Positions 18,682-27,150 of a stretch of 64,000 nt of DNA are shown here, piece after piece; the first letter of the stretch is position 1, and every line of letters starts with the position of its first letter. This DNA comes from Deltaproteobacteria bacterium. GTDB taxonomy: Bacteria > Desulfobacterota > Syntrophia > Syntrophales > JAAYKM01. Location: contig JAAYKM010000047.1 of the NCBI GenBank assembly GCA_012522415.1, forward strand, positions 2,915 through 66,914, read 5' to 3'. The position numbers and the translations under genes were made by a program. Below the pieces are notes generated by a model. It was not told the DNA's origin. It ran no database searches and was given only the letters and a program-made list of their open reading frames with translations.

Positions 18682-19575
18682 GTGTTCAAATCAGGTTTCA
18701 TCGCCATCATCGGGCGGCCAAACGTTGGGAAATCGACCCTGATGAACCATGTGATCGGGGAAAAAATCGCCATCACGACACCCAAACCACAAACCACCCG
18801 AAATCGTATCATGGGAATTTTCAACCGTGACGACGGGCAATTCATCTTTATTGATACACCGGGTATTCATCAGGCGTTTACACCCCTGAACAAGCTCATG
18901 GTCGATACGGCCGTTCGGACCTTTGGCAGCACGGACATCCTGTTGCTGCTTATGGACGCCGAAAAAGGCATCCAGGAGGCTGATCGGAAGCTGATAGAAT
19001 CCCTGAAAGAGACCCCCCTCCCCATCATCCTGGGAATGAACAAAATCGATTTGATCAAAAAGGATCTCCTCCTGCCCATGATTGATGAACTGCGACAACT
19101 CGGCAGGTTCGAGGGAATCATCCCTCTGTCTGCTATCGAAGGCCGGGGCATTGATATTCTTCTGGATGAAATATGGAAGAGACTTCCCGAGGGGCCGTTC
19201 CTTTTCCCGGAAGACATGATGACCGATCGGACGGAACGGTTCATCGCCGCCGAGGTGATTCGGGAAAAAGTTATCCTGTTGACACACCAGGAAATCCCCT
19301 ATGCAACGGCCGTAGTCATCGATACTTTCCAGGAGAACAAAGACAATCGTCGGCATATTCGAATTGAAGCGACGATTACCGTCGAAAAGGAATCCCAGAA
19401 GGGCATCCTGATTGGCAGAAAGGGAACCATGCTGAAGCGGATCGGTTCTCTCGCACGGACGGACTTGGAAATATTTTTCGCCTCACGGATATTCCTGAAA
19501 CTCTTTGTCCGGGTCCGCAAGGGCTGGACCCAGAATAAACGGATGCTGAAGGAATTCGGTTATACGGAGGAATAA
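18682..19575 (+). CDS. era: GTPase Era
   Basis: Motifs GRPNVGKSTLMN, DTPG and NKID, plus a KH C-terminus (ESQKGILIGRKG). GTG 18682 has AAGGAG 7 nt upstream and gives the usual Era N-terminus (FKSGFIAIIG). Confidence 0.93.
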   Translation: MFKSGFIAIIGRPNVGKSTLMNHVIGEKIAITTPKPQTTRNRIMGIFNRDDGQFIFIDTPGIHQAFTPLNKLMVDTAVRTFGSTDILLLLMDAEKGIQEADRKLIESLKETPLPIILGMNKIDLIKKDLLLPMIDELRQLGRFEGIIPLSAIEGRGIDILLDEIWKRLPEGPFLFPEDMMTDRTERFIAAEVIREKVILLTHQEIPYATAVVIDTFQENKDNRRHIRIEATITVEKESQKGILIGRKGTMLKRIGSLARTDLEIFFASRIFLKLFVRVRKGWTQNKRMLKEFGYTEE

Positions 19576-19601
19576 AATGAGCGTAAGGAAATAAGAAAAC
19601 G

Positions 19602-21203
19602 ATGAAAGTCTTTTTCCTGCTCTCAACGGGCCTGATTCTGTTCCTCTATGCCATAACGCAACTCGGAACAGCGGTCCAGAGGCTTTTTACGTTCCGCATT
19701 CGGAAATACATCCAGTACATCGTTAGACGGCCTTTGTCCGGTCTGTTAACCGGCGTTATCACGACTATTTTTTTCCAGAGCAGTTCCGCAGCAACTGTGC
19801 TCACCGTCGGCATGGTCAGTGCGGGCCTGGTTTCATTTTACCATTCCTTGAGTATTCTCCTGGGAGCCGATGTCGGAACGGTCATTACCGTTCAGCTTGT
19901 GGTCTGGCGATTTACGGATATATCGCCGCTCTTTATCGTTGTTGGGGGGTTCCTGTGGTTATCCGGCATGACTCGCTGGAAACGTATCGGTGAGGTGTTG
20001 TTCTATCTCGGCTTGCTTTTCTTCGGGCTGAGTCTGGCTTCCAGCGCTACAGAACCGTTACGGAACAACGATTTCTTTCTTCGTTTTTTCAGGGAATCGA
20101 TCACCCCTCTGGTCGGTTTTGTCATCGGGGCCGTCTTTACCGCTCTGGTACAGGCCTCCGCCATTCCGATCAGCATGCTTGTGATCCTTGCCCAACAGGA
20201 CTTGATGACCCTTCAGACCGCATTGCCCATCGTCCTTGGTGCCAATGTCGGCAATACCGTGGCGGCAATGATGGCCAGCACCATCGCCGGCATCAGCGGG
20301 AAAAGAACGGCCTTATCGCAATTTCTTTTCAAACTCATCGGCGCTTTGGCCTGTATGGCCACCCTGCCGTGGTTTCAAGCTTTTCTCAACGCTCTTCCCG
20401 TGAATATTCCCCAGCAAATTGTCTTCGGTCACCTGCTCTTCAATCTGTCCATCGCCCTCGTTTTCATTTTTTTCCTGAAACCCTTCGCCCGTTTCGTCGA
20501 GTGGATCCTTCCCGGAACGGAGCAGATCCTCCCGGTTACGCCGGAGCATCTTGATGAGAAAAAACTGGGAGAACCGGATATCGCCCTGGAATGCGCACGG
20601 AAAGAACTGGAACGGCAGATCATCCTGGCGGAGAAGATGATTGTGGACAGCATCCTCCTGATCGGACACTATGACAGAGGAAGGGACCGCGATATCGGAT
20701 ATATTGAACTCGTCGTCGACCATCTGCGTCGCGAGATTCTCGACTATCTGTGGAAGCTGTCCTCCCGGGAATTGACGGAAGCTCAAACGCGCCGCCTTTT
20801 CGCCTACACGGCCATGGCCGATGACGTAGAGCGAATCGCCGATCATGCGATGAATATCGTGGACCTGTCCCGCAGCAAGCACAATCGCCATATTCAGTTC
20901 TCCCCCGAGGGAGAGGAGGAAATCAAAATCATCGAGGATCTGATATTCGACAATTTGCGGATGTCCAAAAGCCTCCTCAACCAGCCCGATTCAAGCCTGA
21001 TCCGAAAACTTACGGCCCAGGAAGAAGATGTGGACGTCAAGACCAAGGACGCCCGGGAGCATCACCTCGCACGCTTCTATTGCCACATCTGCCACGCTGA
21101 AGCGGGACCGATTTATGTGGAGTACCTGATCCAGTTGGAACGGATCTCGGACCACTGCCAGAATATCGCTGATTATGTCGAGGACATGAACAACAAACAA
21201 TGA
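19602..21203 (+). CDS. Na+/phosphate cotransporter family protein with PhoU-like C-terminal domain
   Basis: 533 aa. The N-terminal half is a multi-pass membrane domain with the duplicated FQSSSA / VQASAIPI NptA-type motif. The C-terminal half is a soluble helical region. Confidence 0.8.
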   Translation: MKVFFLLSTGLILFLYAITQLGTAVQRLFTFRIRKYIQYIVRRPLSGLLTGVITTIFFQSSSAATVLTVGMVSAGLVSFYHSLSILLGADVGTVITVQLVVWRFTDISPLFIVVGGFLWLSGMTRWKRIGEVLFYLGLLFFGLSLASSATEPLRNNDFFLRFFRESITPLVGFVIGAVFTALVQASAIPISMLVILAQQDLMTLQTALPIVLGANVGNTVAAMMASTIAGISGKRTALSQFLFKLIGALACMATLPWFQAFLNALPVNIPQQIVFGHLLFNLSIALVFIFFLKPFARFVEWILPGTEQILPVTPEHLDEKKLGEPDIALECARKELERQIILAEKMIVDSILLIGHYDRGRDRDIGYIELVVDHLRREILDYLWKLSSRELTEAQTRRLFAYTAMADDVERIADHAMNIVDLSRSKHNRHIQFSPEGEEEIKIIEDLIFDNLRMSKSLLNQPDSSLIRKLTAQEEDVDVKTKDAREHHLARFYCHICHAEAGPIYVEYLIQLERISDHCQNIADYVEDMNNKQ

Positions 21204-21274
21204 GCAAAACGCTTGACCCCTGAGGAATTCCCGTGCTATCTGCTCGTTATATGGAATACAGGGGTGGTTGCTGG

Positions 21275-21291
21275 TGAATTGATTCAATTCA
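21275..21291. promoter_or_regulatory. perfect 8-1-8 palindrome (candidate Fur/PerR-type operator) upstream of the rubrerythrin-like gene
   Basis: TGAATTGA-T-TCAATTCA at 21275-21291 lies 38-54 nt upstream of the ATG. A second inverted repeat, ATAAT-N5-ATTAT, lies at 21298-21312. Confidence 0.4.
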
Positions 21292-21328
21292 TCCGGAATA
21301 ATCATTCATTATACGAAGGAGAGCGCAT

Positions 21329-21847
21329 ATGAAAGATCGATTGGACGCTTTGGAAATTGCCTTGACCAATGAACTGCGGGAATATGAATTTTATAAAATG
21401 AACGCGGAACGGACGACCAACCCTCTTGGCAAGGCCATGTTCGAAACCATTGCCCAGGAAGAGCTGGAGCATTACGAAAGGCTTCAGGAGCTGCACAAGG
21501 TATGGGAAAAAAACAATACCTGGCCGGAAACAATCCCCCTCAAGGTCAACAAGACAAACGTCCAGAATATCCTGAAAGATGTCTTGGAAAGGGTCGCGGA
21601 GGCCCCCCCAGCCGATATGGACGATCTGGAGGCCATCCGGACGGCGATCGCGTTCGAATGTGATGGGGTCATGCATTATGAATTACTGAAACAGGGTTCA
21701 ACGGAACCCAACGAAAAGGCCTTCTTTAACCTGATGGCCAATATCGAACACGAACACTTTGTGTCGCTGAAAGATACGGAAGAACTGCTGGTTTCGCCGG
21801 ACGCGTGGTTCCGTATGCGCGAACGGGGCGGTCTGGACGGCGGATAA
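21329..21847 (+). CDS. rubrerythrin/ferritin-like di-iron protein (no rubredoxin domain)
   Basis: 172 aa with two ExxH pairs (QEELEHYERL and NIEHEHFVSL) in a four-helix-bundle-like pattern. GAAGGAGAG RBS. Confidence 0.7.
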   Translation: MKDRLDALEIALTNELREYEFYKMNAERTTNPLGKAMFETIAQEELEHYERLQELHKVWEKNNTWPETIPLKVNKTNVQNILKDVLERVAEAPPADMDDLEAIRTAIAFECDGVMHYELLKQGSTEPNEKAFFNLMANIEHEHFVSLKDTEELLVSPDAWFRMRERGGLDGG

Positions 21848-21848
21848 A

Positions 21849-23822
21849 TCATCGCGGTTCGACCTGCTCTTCCTCGATACGACCCATGATGTCCGCCCAC
21901 TGGTCATAAAGGCCCTCCAGCTCTTGGTGGGCCTTCGTCAGTTTATGCGTTAAAGCCCGGGTTCGACCCGGCTTTTTGTGCGTGTCGGGCCTGCACATCT
22001 CCTCTTCGTGATTCTGCTTCAGTCGCTCCAGTTCGGCAATACGTGCCTCCACCGACGTCAACTCCTCTTTCAGGGGCTTCAGACGGCGGGATAATCGGTT
22101 TCTTTCCTCGGCCTCGCGACGTTTCGCCTCCCGGCTCTTGTAGCCGTGGTAATCCTTTTGTCTGGCGTTGGGATCGTCATGTCCCTCCTTCGGGAGAGGC
22201 AACGCGATTTCCTGAAATTCACACCGTTTTTCGATGAAATAGGAATAATCTCCCCGGTATTCCAGGGCGCGACCTTCTTTGAGTTCAACCACCCGGTCCA
22301 CCAGGCGGTCCAGAAAATACCTGTCATGGGATACGATGGCCAGGGTGCCTTCGTATCTCAGCAGGGCTTCCTGGAAGATCTCCTTCGTTTTCAGATCGAG
22401 ATGGTTCGTCGGTTCGTCGAGAACAAGGAAATTGGACCCCTTCAACAGCATTTTCAACAGGGCCAGGCGGGACTTTTCTCCTCCCGAGAGAACCGCAATG
22501 GACTTGTATATGTCATCCCCGGAAAACAGGAACGCCCCCAGGAGATCCCTTCTTTGCTGATCGTTCGCTGGAGAAGGCACGCTCTGCACCTCTTCCCAGA
22601 CCGCGCGTTCGTAATGCAGATTGTCCGCACTCTCCTGGGAAAAAAAGGCTATGCGCACATTCAATCCCAGGTTGACGCTGCCACAGGTCGGCTCCTCAAC
22701 CCCGGCGAGCAACCGAAAGAGAGTCGATTTGCCCGCCCCGTTGATCCCGACAAAGGCGACTCGTTCACCTCGATACAAAGTCAGGTTGATGCCGGAAAAA
22801 ACCGACAGGCTGTCGTACCTCTTCGCCACATCATGGAGGGTTGCCACTTCCTTGCCGCTCTTTTCACAAACTGGGAACCGAATGACCGTGGATCGAGTTC
22901 CTTTTTCCAACTGGATGACATCCATCTTTTCGAGCATTTTTACTCGGCTACGAACCTGGGCGGCCTTGGTGGCCTTGTAACGGAAACGCTCGACGAACCG
23001 TTCAACTCGCCTGATCTCCTCCTGTTGCCGAACCATGGATTTTTCGACCATTTCCAGGCGACGTTCTTTTTCCTTCAGAAAGTCAGTGTAGTTGCCTTTG
23101 TAGAGCGTCAGTTTCCCCCGGGCCAACTCGGCGATCTGCTGCACCATCTTGTCCAGAAACATATGATCGTGAGAAATGGCAATGAGGCATCCCCGGTAAT
23201 CCCTGAGGTAGTTTTCCAACCATTCCATGCTCTCCGTGTCCAGATGGTTGGTCGGCTCGTCAAGCAGCATGATGTCAGGACAGGAGAGCAGGATCACTGA
23301 CAAAAGAATCCGCATCTTCCACCCGCCGGAAAAATGCGTACACAGGCGGCCGAAATCTTTTTCGAGGAATCCGAATCCCCGGAGAATCTGCTTCGCCTTC
23401 GCTTCGAAGGCGTATCCATCAATCGCCTGATAGCGATTAACAACCTTCTCGTAATGGCGAAGTTTTGCCCGGCAGGCAGAGCCATCTGGATCCAACGCAC
23501 GAAGATCCGCCTCACAGCGGGCGATGCTTTCTTCCAGCCCCGCAATACCGCTTTGTCGTTTCAGATAATCCATCAGGGGCAGGTGCTCCAGTTCCGCCAC
23601 GTCCTGGGGCAGATAACCGATCATCCTGTGATTGCGGGCAGGAACGATCGCTTTGCCCTGATCCGGCTCCACTTCGCCGAGAATGACTCGCAAGAGAGTT
23701 GTTTTCCCGACACCATTGTCTCCGACCAGGCCAATCCGGCTCTTGCCGGCAATGGTCCAATTGATCCCGTCGAAGAGAACACGATCCATAAAAGTCAGGT
23801 GAATGTTTTGCAGATCAACCAA
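21849..23822 (-). CDS. ABC-F family ATPase (Uup/YbiT-like)
   Basis: 657 aa with two ABC cassettes (GDNGVGKTT and GINGAGKST; LSGGWKMR and LSGGEKSRL), no membrane domain, and a charged coiled-coil C-terminus. Confidence 0.9.
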   Translation of the reverse strand: MVDLQNIHLTFMDRVLFDGINWTIAGKSRIGLVGDNGVGKTTLLRVILGEVEPDQGKAIVPARNHRMIGYLPQDVAELEHLPLMDYLKRQSGIAGLEESIARCEADLRALDPDGSACRAKLRHYEKVVNRYQAIDGYAFEAKAKQILRGFGFLEKDFGRLCTHFSGGWKMRILLSVILLSCPDIMLLDEPTNHLDTESMEWLENYLRDYRGCLIAISHDHMFLDKMVQQIAELARGKLTLYKGNYTDFLKEKERRLEMVEKSMVRQQEEIRRVERFVERFRYKATKAAQVRSRVKMLEKMDVIQLEKGTRSTVIRFPVCEKSGKEVATLHDVAKRYDSLSVFSGINLTLYRGERVAFVGINGAGKSTLFRLLAGVEEPTCGSVNLGLNVRIAFFSQESADNLHYERAVWEEVQSVPSPANDQQRRDLLGAFLFSGDDIYKSIAVLSGGEKSRLALLKMLLKGSNFLVLDEPTNHLDLKTKEIFQEALLRYEGTLAIVSHDRYFLDRLVDRVVELKEGRALEYRGDYSYFIEKRCEFQEIALPLPKEGHDDPNARQKDYHGYKSREAKRREAEERNRLSRRLKPLKEELTSVEARIAELERLKQNHEEEMCRPDTHKKPGRTRALTHKLTKAHQELEGLYDQWADIMGRIEEEQVEPR

Positions 23823-23869
23823 ACAATGCCTCGCCAGAGCGCTTTTCCCAAAAGATATGGGAGATGCTT

Positions 23870-23896
23870 CTTATATAAAAACAGGGGGGTTGTCAA
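23870..23896 (-). promoter_or_regulatory. candidate sigma70-type promoter for the ABC-F gene
   Basis: The minus strand has TTGACA (23896-23891), a 15-nt spacer and TATAAG (23875-23870), about 45 nt upstream of the start. The spacer is short, so this is tentative. Confidence 0.3.
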
Positions 23897-23973
23897 TTGA
23901 CCGCCGAAAAACTGCCGGATGAAAGCCATGCCGCTGACGCGGGCAGACCCACGGCAACCGGCGAATACGGGAT

Positions 23974-25314
23974 TCACCCGTCCTGAGGCGAAACGGGAGG
24001 GCGGCGACGGCGTTTTCTGCGGCGCCGCTTTGGACGTTTGTGACCCGGCGACGATGGCTCCGCAACAGGCACATTGCCGGCAAGGAAGGCCTCCCACCAC
24101 TTTAGGGCCGACAGGTTTTCTCCTCTGGTCTTCGCTCTAACTCTCAGATAGGCTATTGCATCGCTGAAGTCCAAACGATCAACCTGAGAAGCGGGACGCC
24201 GTGGTGGCATACGGCAAAGCGAAGTCTGCATGGCCAGGATGTTCCGCAACCGTCCAGCAATCCGGGTCGGAACTTGCACCGTCCGGCACAACTCCTCCAT
24301 AAAAGCGCCACATCCCATTTCCAGAGACTGCTGTCGCGGCATGCCGTCACGTTGGCGCAAAAGCGCCTCCGTCTCCAGGGCGGGACCGAAGAACGTCGCC
24401 AGAAACAAAAGGGTGGATGGAGGCGAATCCTCCCGGTACAGTTGATCCAGGTGGTCCAGGGCGGAGGCCAGTATCGTGTGGTGACGGCTTTCTCGGGTAA
24501 GCCACCGATATAGTCCGGGAAAAAGCGGGGGCAAAAGTCCACTTTTTTCCAGAAGGTCGAGGGCGGGCCGGGCGGCGCCCAGAAGAAACAATTTCAGAAC
24601 TTCTTCGTAGAGTCGGGCCGGGGAGGCCCTGCAGATTGTGGGGGCCAGTTCACAGAGAATCCCCCATGTCGCGGGCTCGATTCGCAAATCATGGGAGGCG
24701 GCAAAACGAACGGCCCGGAGCATACGCACCGGATCTTCCGTAAAACGGATTAAAGGATCACCGATCGGGCGCAGGAGGCAGGCTTTCAAATCGCTCAACC
24801 CTGTCGTATAATCGATGACCGTCGCATCCGCAATATTGTAGGCCAGGGCGTTGACGGTGAAATCGCGGCGCAGGGCGTCTTCCTCCGGGGTTCCGAAAAC
24901 ATTGTCCCGGAGCACCATGCCGTCCTCATTTATCAGGTGGCGGGGATGGCGTCGATGCCGCTCTCCCACATCCCTTTGGTCCGTACCTTCGGCCAATTCC
25001 GCATCACCGTTTGGCTTGGCCCGAAACGTGGATACTTCAAGAATCTCATCCTGAAAGTAAAGATGGGCTAAACGGAAGCGGCGGCCGATGAGGCGGCAAT
25101 TACGGAACAGGCGTTTGATCTGTCCGGGTGACGCGTCCGTTACGACATCGAAATCTTTCGGGATCCGCCCCAGCAGAAGGTCACGGACACAGCCGCCGAT
25201 CAGGTAGGCGATGAAACCGTTGTCTCGCAGGCGATAGAGGGTCCGCAGAGCGTTGGGGCTTAACTGTGTGCGGGAAATGTTGTGTTTTCTCCGCGGGATG
25301 ATCAACGGTTGCAT
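23974..25314 (-). CDS. pcnB: poly(A) polymerase I (tRNA nucleotidyltransferase superfamily)
   Basis: 446 aa with GGCVRDLLLG..PKDFDVVT and the PcnB-type RLIGRRFRLAHL block, and an Arg/Lys-rich C-terminus. Confidence 0.88.
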   Translation of the reverse strand: MQPLIIPRRKHNISRTQLSPNALRTLYRLRDNGFIAYLIGGCVRDLLLGRIPKDFDVVTDASPGQIKRLFRNCRLIGRRFRLAHLYFQDEILEVSTFRAKPNGDAELAEGTDQRDVGERHRRHPRHLINEDGMVLRDNVFGTPEEDALRRDFTVNALAYNIADATVIDYTTGLSDLKACLLRPIGDPLIRFTEDPVRMLRAVRFAASHDLRIEPATWGILCELAPTICRASPARLYEEVLKLFLLGAARPALDLLEKSGLLPPLFPGLYRWLTRESRHHTILASALDHLDQLYREDSPPSTLLFLATFFGPALETEALLRQRDGMPRQQSLEMGCGAFMEELCRTVQVPTRIAGRLRNILAMQTSLCRMPPRRPASQVDRLDFSDAIAYLRVRAKTRGENLSALKWWEAFLAGNVPVAEPSSPGHKRPKRRRRKRRRRPPVSPQDG

Positions 25315-25340
25315 GGCTCATGCCCATATCACACCTTCAT

Positions 25341-25373
25341 AAAAAAAGGAATTGGCACGTAAACGTGCCGATT
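25341..25373 (-). terminator. Rho-independent terminator about 27 nt upstream of the pcnB ATG
   Basis: The minus strand reads AAUcGGCACG-UUUA-CGUGCCaAUU followed by CC-UUUUUUU (6 GC-rich bp extended by 3 A-U pairs across one mismatch). Confidence 0.65.
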
Positions 25374-25688
25374 GTCGATGGTATGAAACCACGTCATCAG
25401 TCCTGCAAATCGGTGCAATCAAGCCATCCGGTGACGACGAATACTCCCAATGGTACGACGCCCCGGAATTTTTCATGATTACATTGGTGGCGACTCCCGT
25501 TAAACTTCTTTCCCGAACGGGCTCCACCCCCTCCCCAAAACATGTCCCTGACGGCTCCTTCCTGAAGAGCCCTTTCGCCTGATAGGACCTTTGGACGCAA
25601 TGATCTTGCTCCAAAAGAAATGTGGAAGATGGTTATGAACTAACCCTTGCGTCAAATAGGTTTCCACCGGGGAAAAGGATTTTCACCT

Positions 25689-26390
25689 TCAGGCCTTTTC
25701 GTCCCACCGGGCGCGTCGTTTCAGTCGTTCCAAGTCACAAACGATGACCGAACGGCCCTCCGTTCTGACAATACCCCGCTCACGCATGCTCCGCAGTTCC
25801 TTATTCACGCTCTCCCGGGTCGCCCCCACCATGCTGGCCAGTTCAGTCTGTGTCATTTCAATCCGGATTTCCTCGGTATCTCCGGCCTGGATCTGTCGCT
25901 CCGCAAATTCGGAAAGACGCCTGGCCAACCGCGATGAAACGTTAAGAAAACAGGTTTCCTCCACGAACTTGTCCGTTTTTCTCAGACGGGCGCACAGAGT
26001 GGAAAACAGGGCCTTGATGGCGGTTGAGCTTTTCATGAGAATGGCAATAAAATCATTCTGGTACAGGACGCAAAGCTGGCTGTCCTCCAAGGCGACGGCA
26101 TCGGCGGAACGAGTCATACCATCCAGAAGTGCCATGTCGCCGAACAGCTCACCATTGGACAGAACGGATAAGATAACCTCGTCCCCCAATTTAGAGGTTA
26201 CGCTGATCTTGATCCGGCCATGAACGATCAGATAAAGGGCTGTACCCTGCTCACCCTTGCGGAACAGGACATCCCCCTTTTTGATCAATTTCACCTTGAC
26301 TACCTCGGCAATTTTTTGCAGATCGCCTTGTCGAAAGGCCTTAAAGAGGGGAACCTGCTGTAAAAAGGCCATGATCCTGTTCATTGTCAC
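25689..26390 (-). CDS. Crp/Fnr-family transcriptional regulator
   Basis: 233 aa with an N-terminal cNMP-binding-like domain (GDVLFRKGEQGTALYLIVHGRIKI) and a C-terminal HTH (TQTELASMVGATRESVNKELR). Confidence 0.88.
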   Translation of the reverse strand: MTMNRIMAFLQQVPLFKAFRQGDLQKIAEVVKVKLIKKGDVLFRKGEQGTALYLIVHGRIKISVTSKLGDEVILSVLSNGELFGDMALLDGMTRSADAVALEDSQLCVLYQNDFIAILMKSSTAIKALFSTLCARLRKTDKFVEETCFLNVSSRLARRLSEFAERQIQAGDTEEIRIEMTQTELASMVGATRESVNKELRSMRERGIVRTEGRSVIVCDLERLKRRARWDEKA

Positions 26391-26671
26391 CTCCGCAGCG
26401 CTTTCTTGTCCGCAAGTGTGGTCTCAGCTGATGGGCAGACTTCCATCCTCCGCTCTCCCGCTCATAAAAAATCTTGTCGGACCTGCCCTTGCGATTTTTT
26501 TGTAACACGCATATAAATCTCTTTCAAGCGCCAAATGGAACCGGGAATCCTTCAAAGGGAAGAAATTCTTGACGGAATGGTCTGGTGCGCCTTAAATAAC
26601 CTTGCCGAATCGTACCTTTTGACACGCTTGGCCGCAGAACCTTCCATAGAAGCCGCAGAAAGGGAAAAACA

Positions 26672-27130
26672 CTGAAAACAAAATCGGTCAAAATCCTGGC
26701 TACGGGGCTGGGCCTCGGATTCTTGCCATGGGCGCCGGGAACTGCGGGAAGCCTTCTCGGCATCCCCCTGTATTACTTCATCGCCTTTTTCCCCTGGCCC
26801 CTTTATCTGATCACGGCGGCGGCTTTTGCCTGTCTGGCCGTCTGCCTCGCCCATAGCGCCGAGGTTCTTTTTGCAAAGAAGGACGCCTCTTGTATCGTTA
26901 TCGACGAAGTCGCTGGCATGCTTTTTACTTTTTTTCTGGTAACACCGACAGTAGCCCATATCGTAACAGGGTTTTTGCTGTTTCGTTTTTTTGATATTGT
27001 TAAATTCTTCCCGGCAAACTGGTGCCAGTATCATCTTCCAGGCGGACTGGGAATTGTGGCAGACGACTTGGTGGCGGGAATTTATGCCAATCTGACCCTG
27101 TTGGGCCTCATTTACTTTTTCGGTTTATAG
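26672..27130 (+). CDS. pgpA: phosphatidylglycerophosphatase A
   Basis: PgpA signature ..GLGLGFLPWAPGTAGSLLGIP..DASCIVIDEVAGM... The conserved N-terminal part lies upstream of the TTG (26723) used by the ORF track. The only start-like codon with an RBS (AAGGGA) in that open frame is CTG 26672, so the start is uncertain. Confidence 0.8.
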   Translation: MKTKSVKILATGLGLGFLPWAPGTAGSLLGIPLYYFIAFFPWPLYLITAAAFACLAVCLAHSAEVLFAKKDASCIVIDEVAGMLFTFFLVTPTVAHIVTGFLLFRFFDIVKFFPANWCQYHLPGGLGIVADDLVAGIYANLTLLGLIYFFGL

Positions 27131-27150
27131 TCAAAAGAGGGGGGAGAGCT

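Noticed and set aside
25315-25688. I tried to assign the crp-pcnB spacer to a known riboswitch or ncRNA class: cobalamin (GCCAC-like box), FMN (AAUUCCGGGG), SRP (CAGGAAGGAGC), 6S, RNase P or tmRNA.
   Set aside because: Only isolated short resemblances appear, and none of the full consensus cores is present. I kept it as an unclassified structured region instead.
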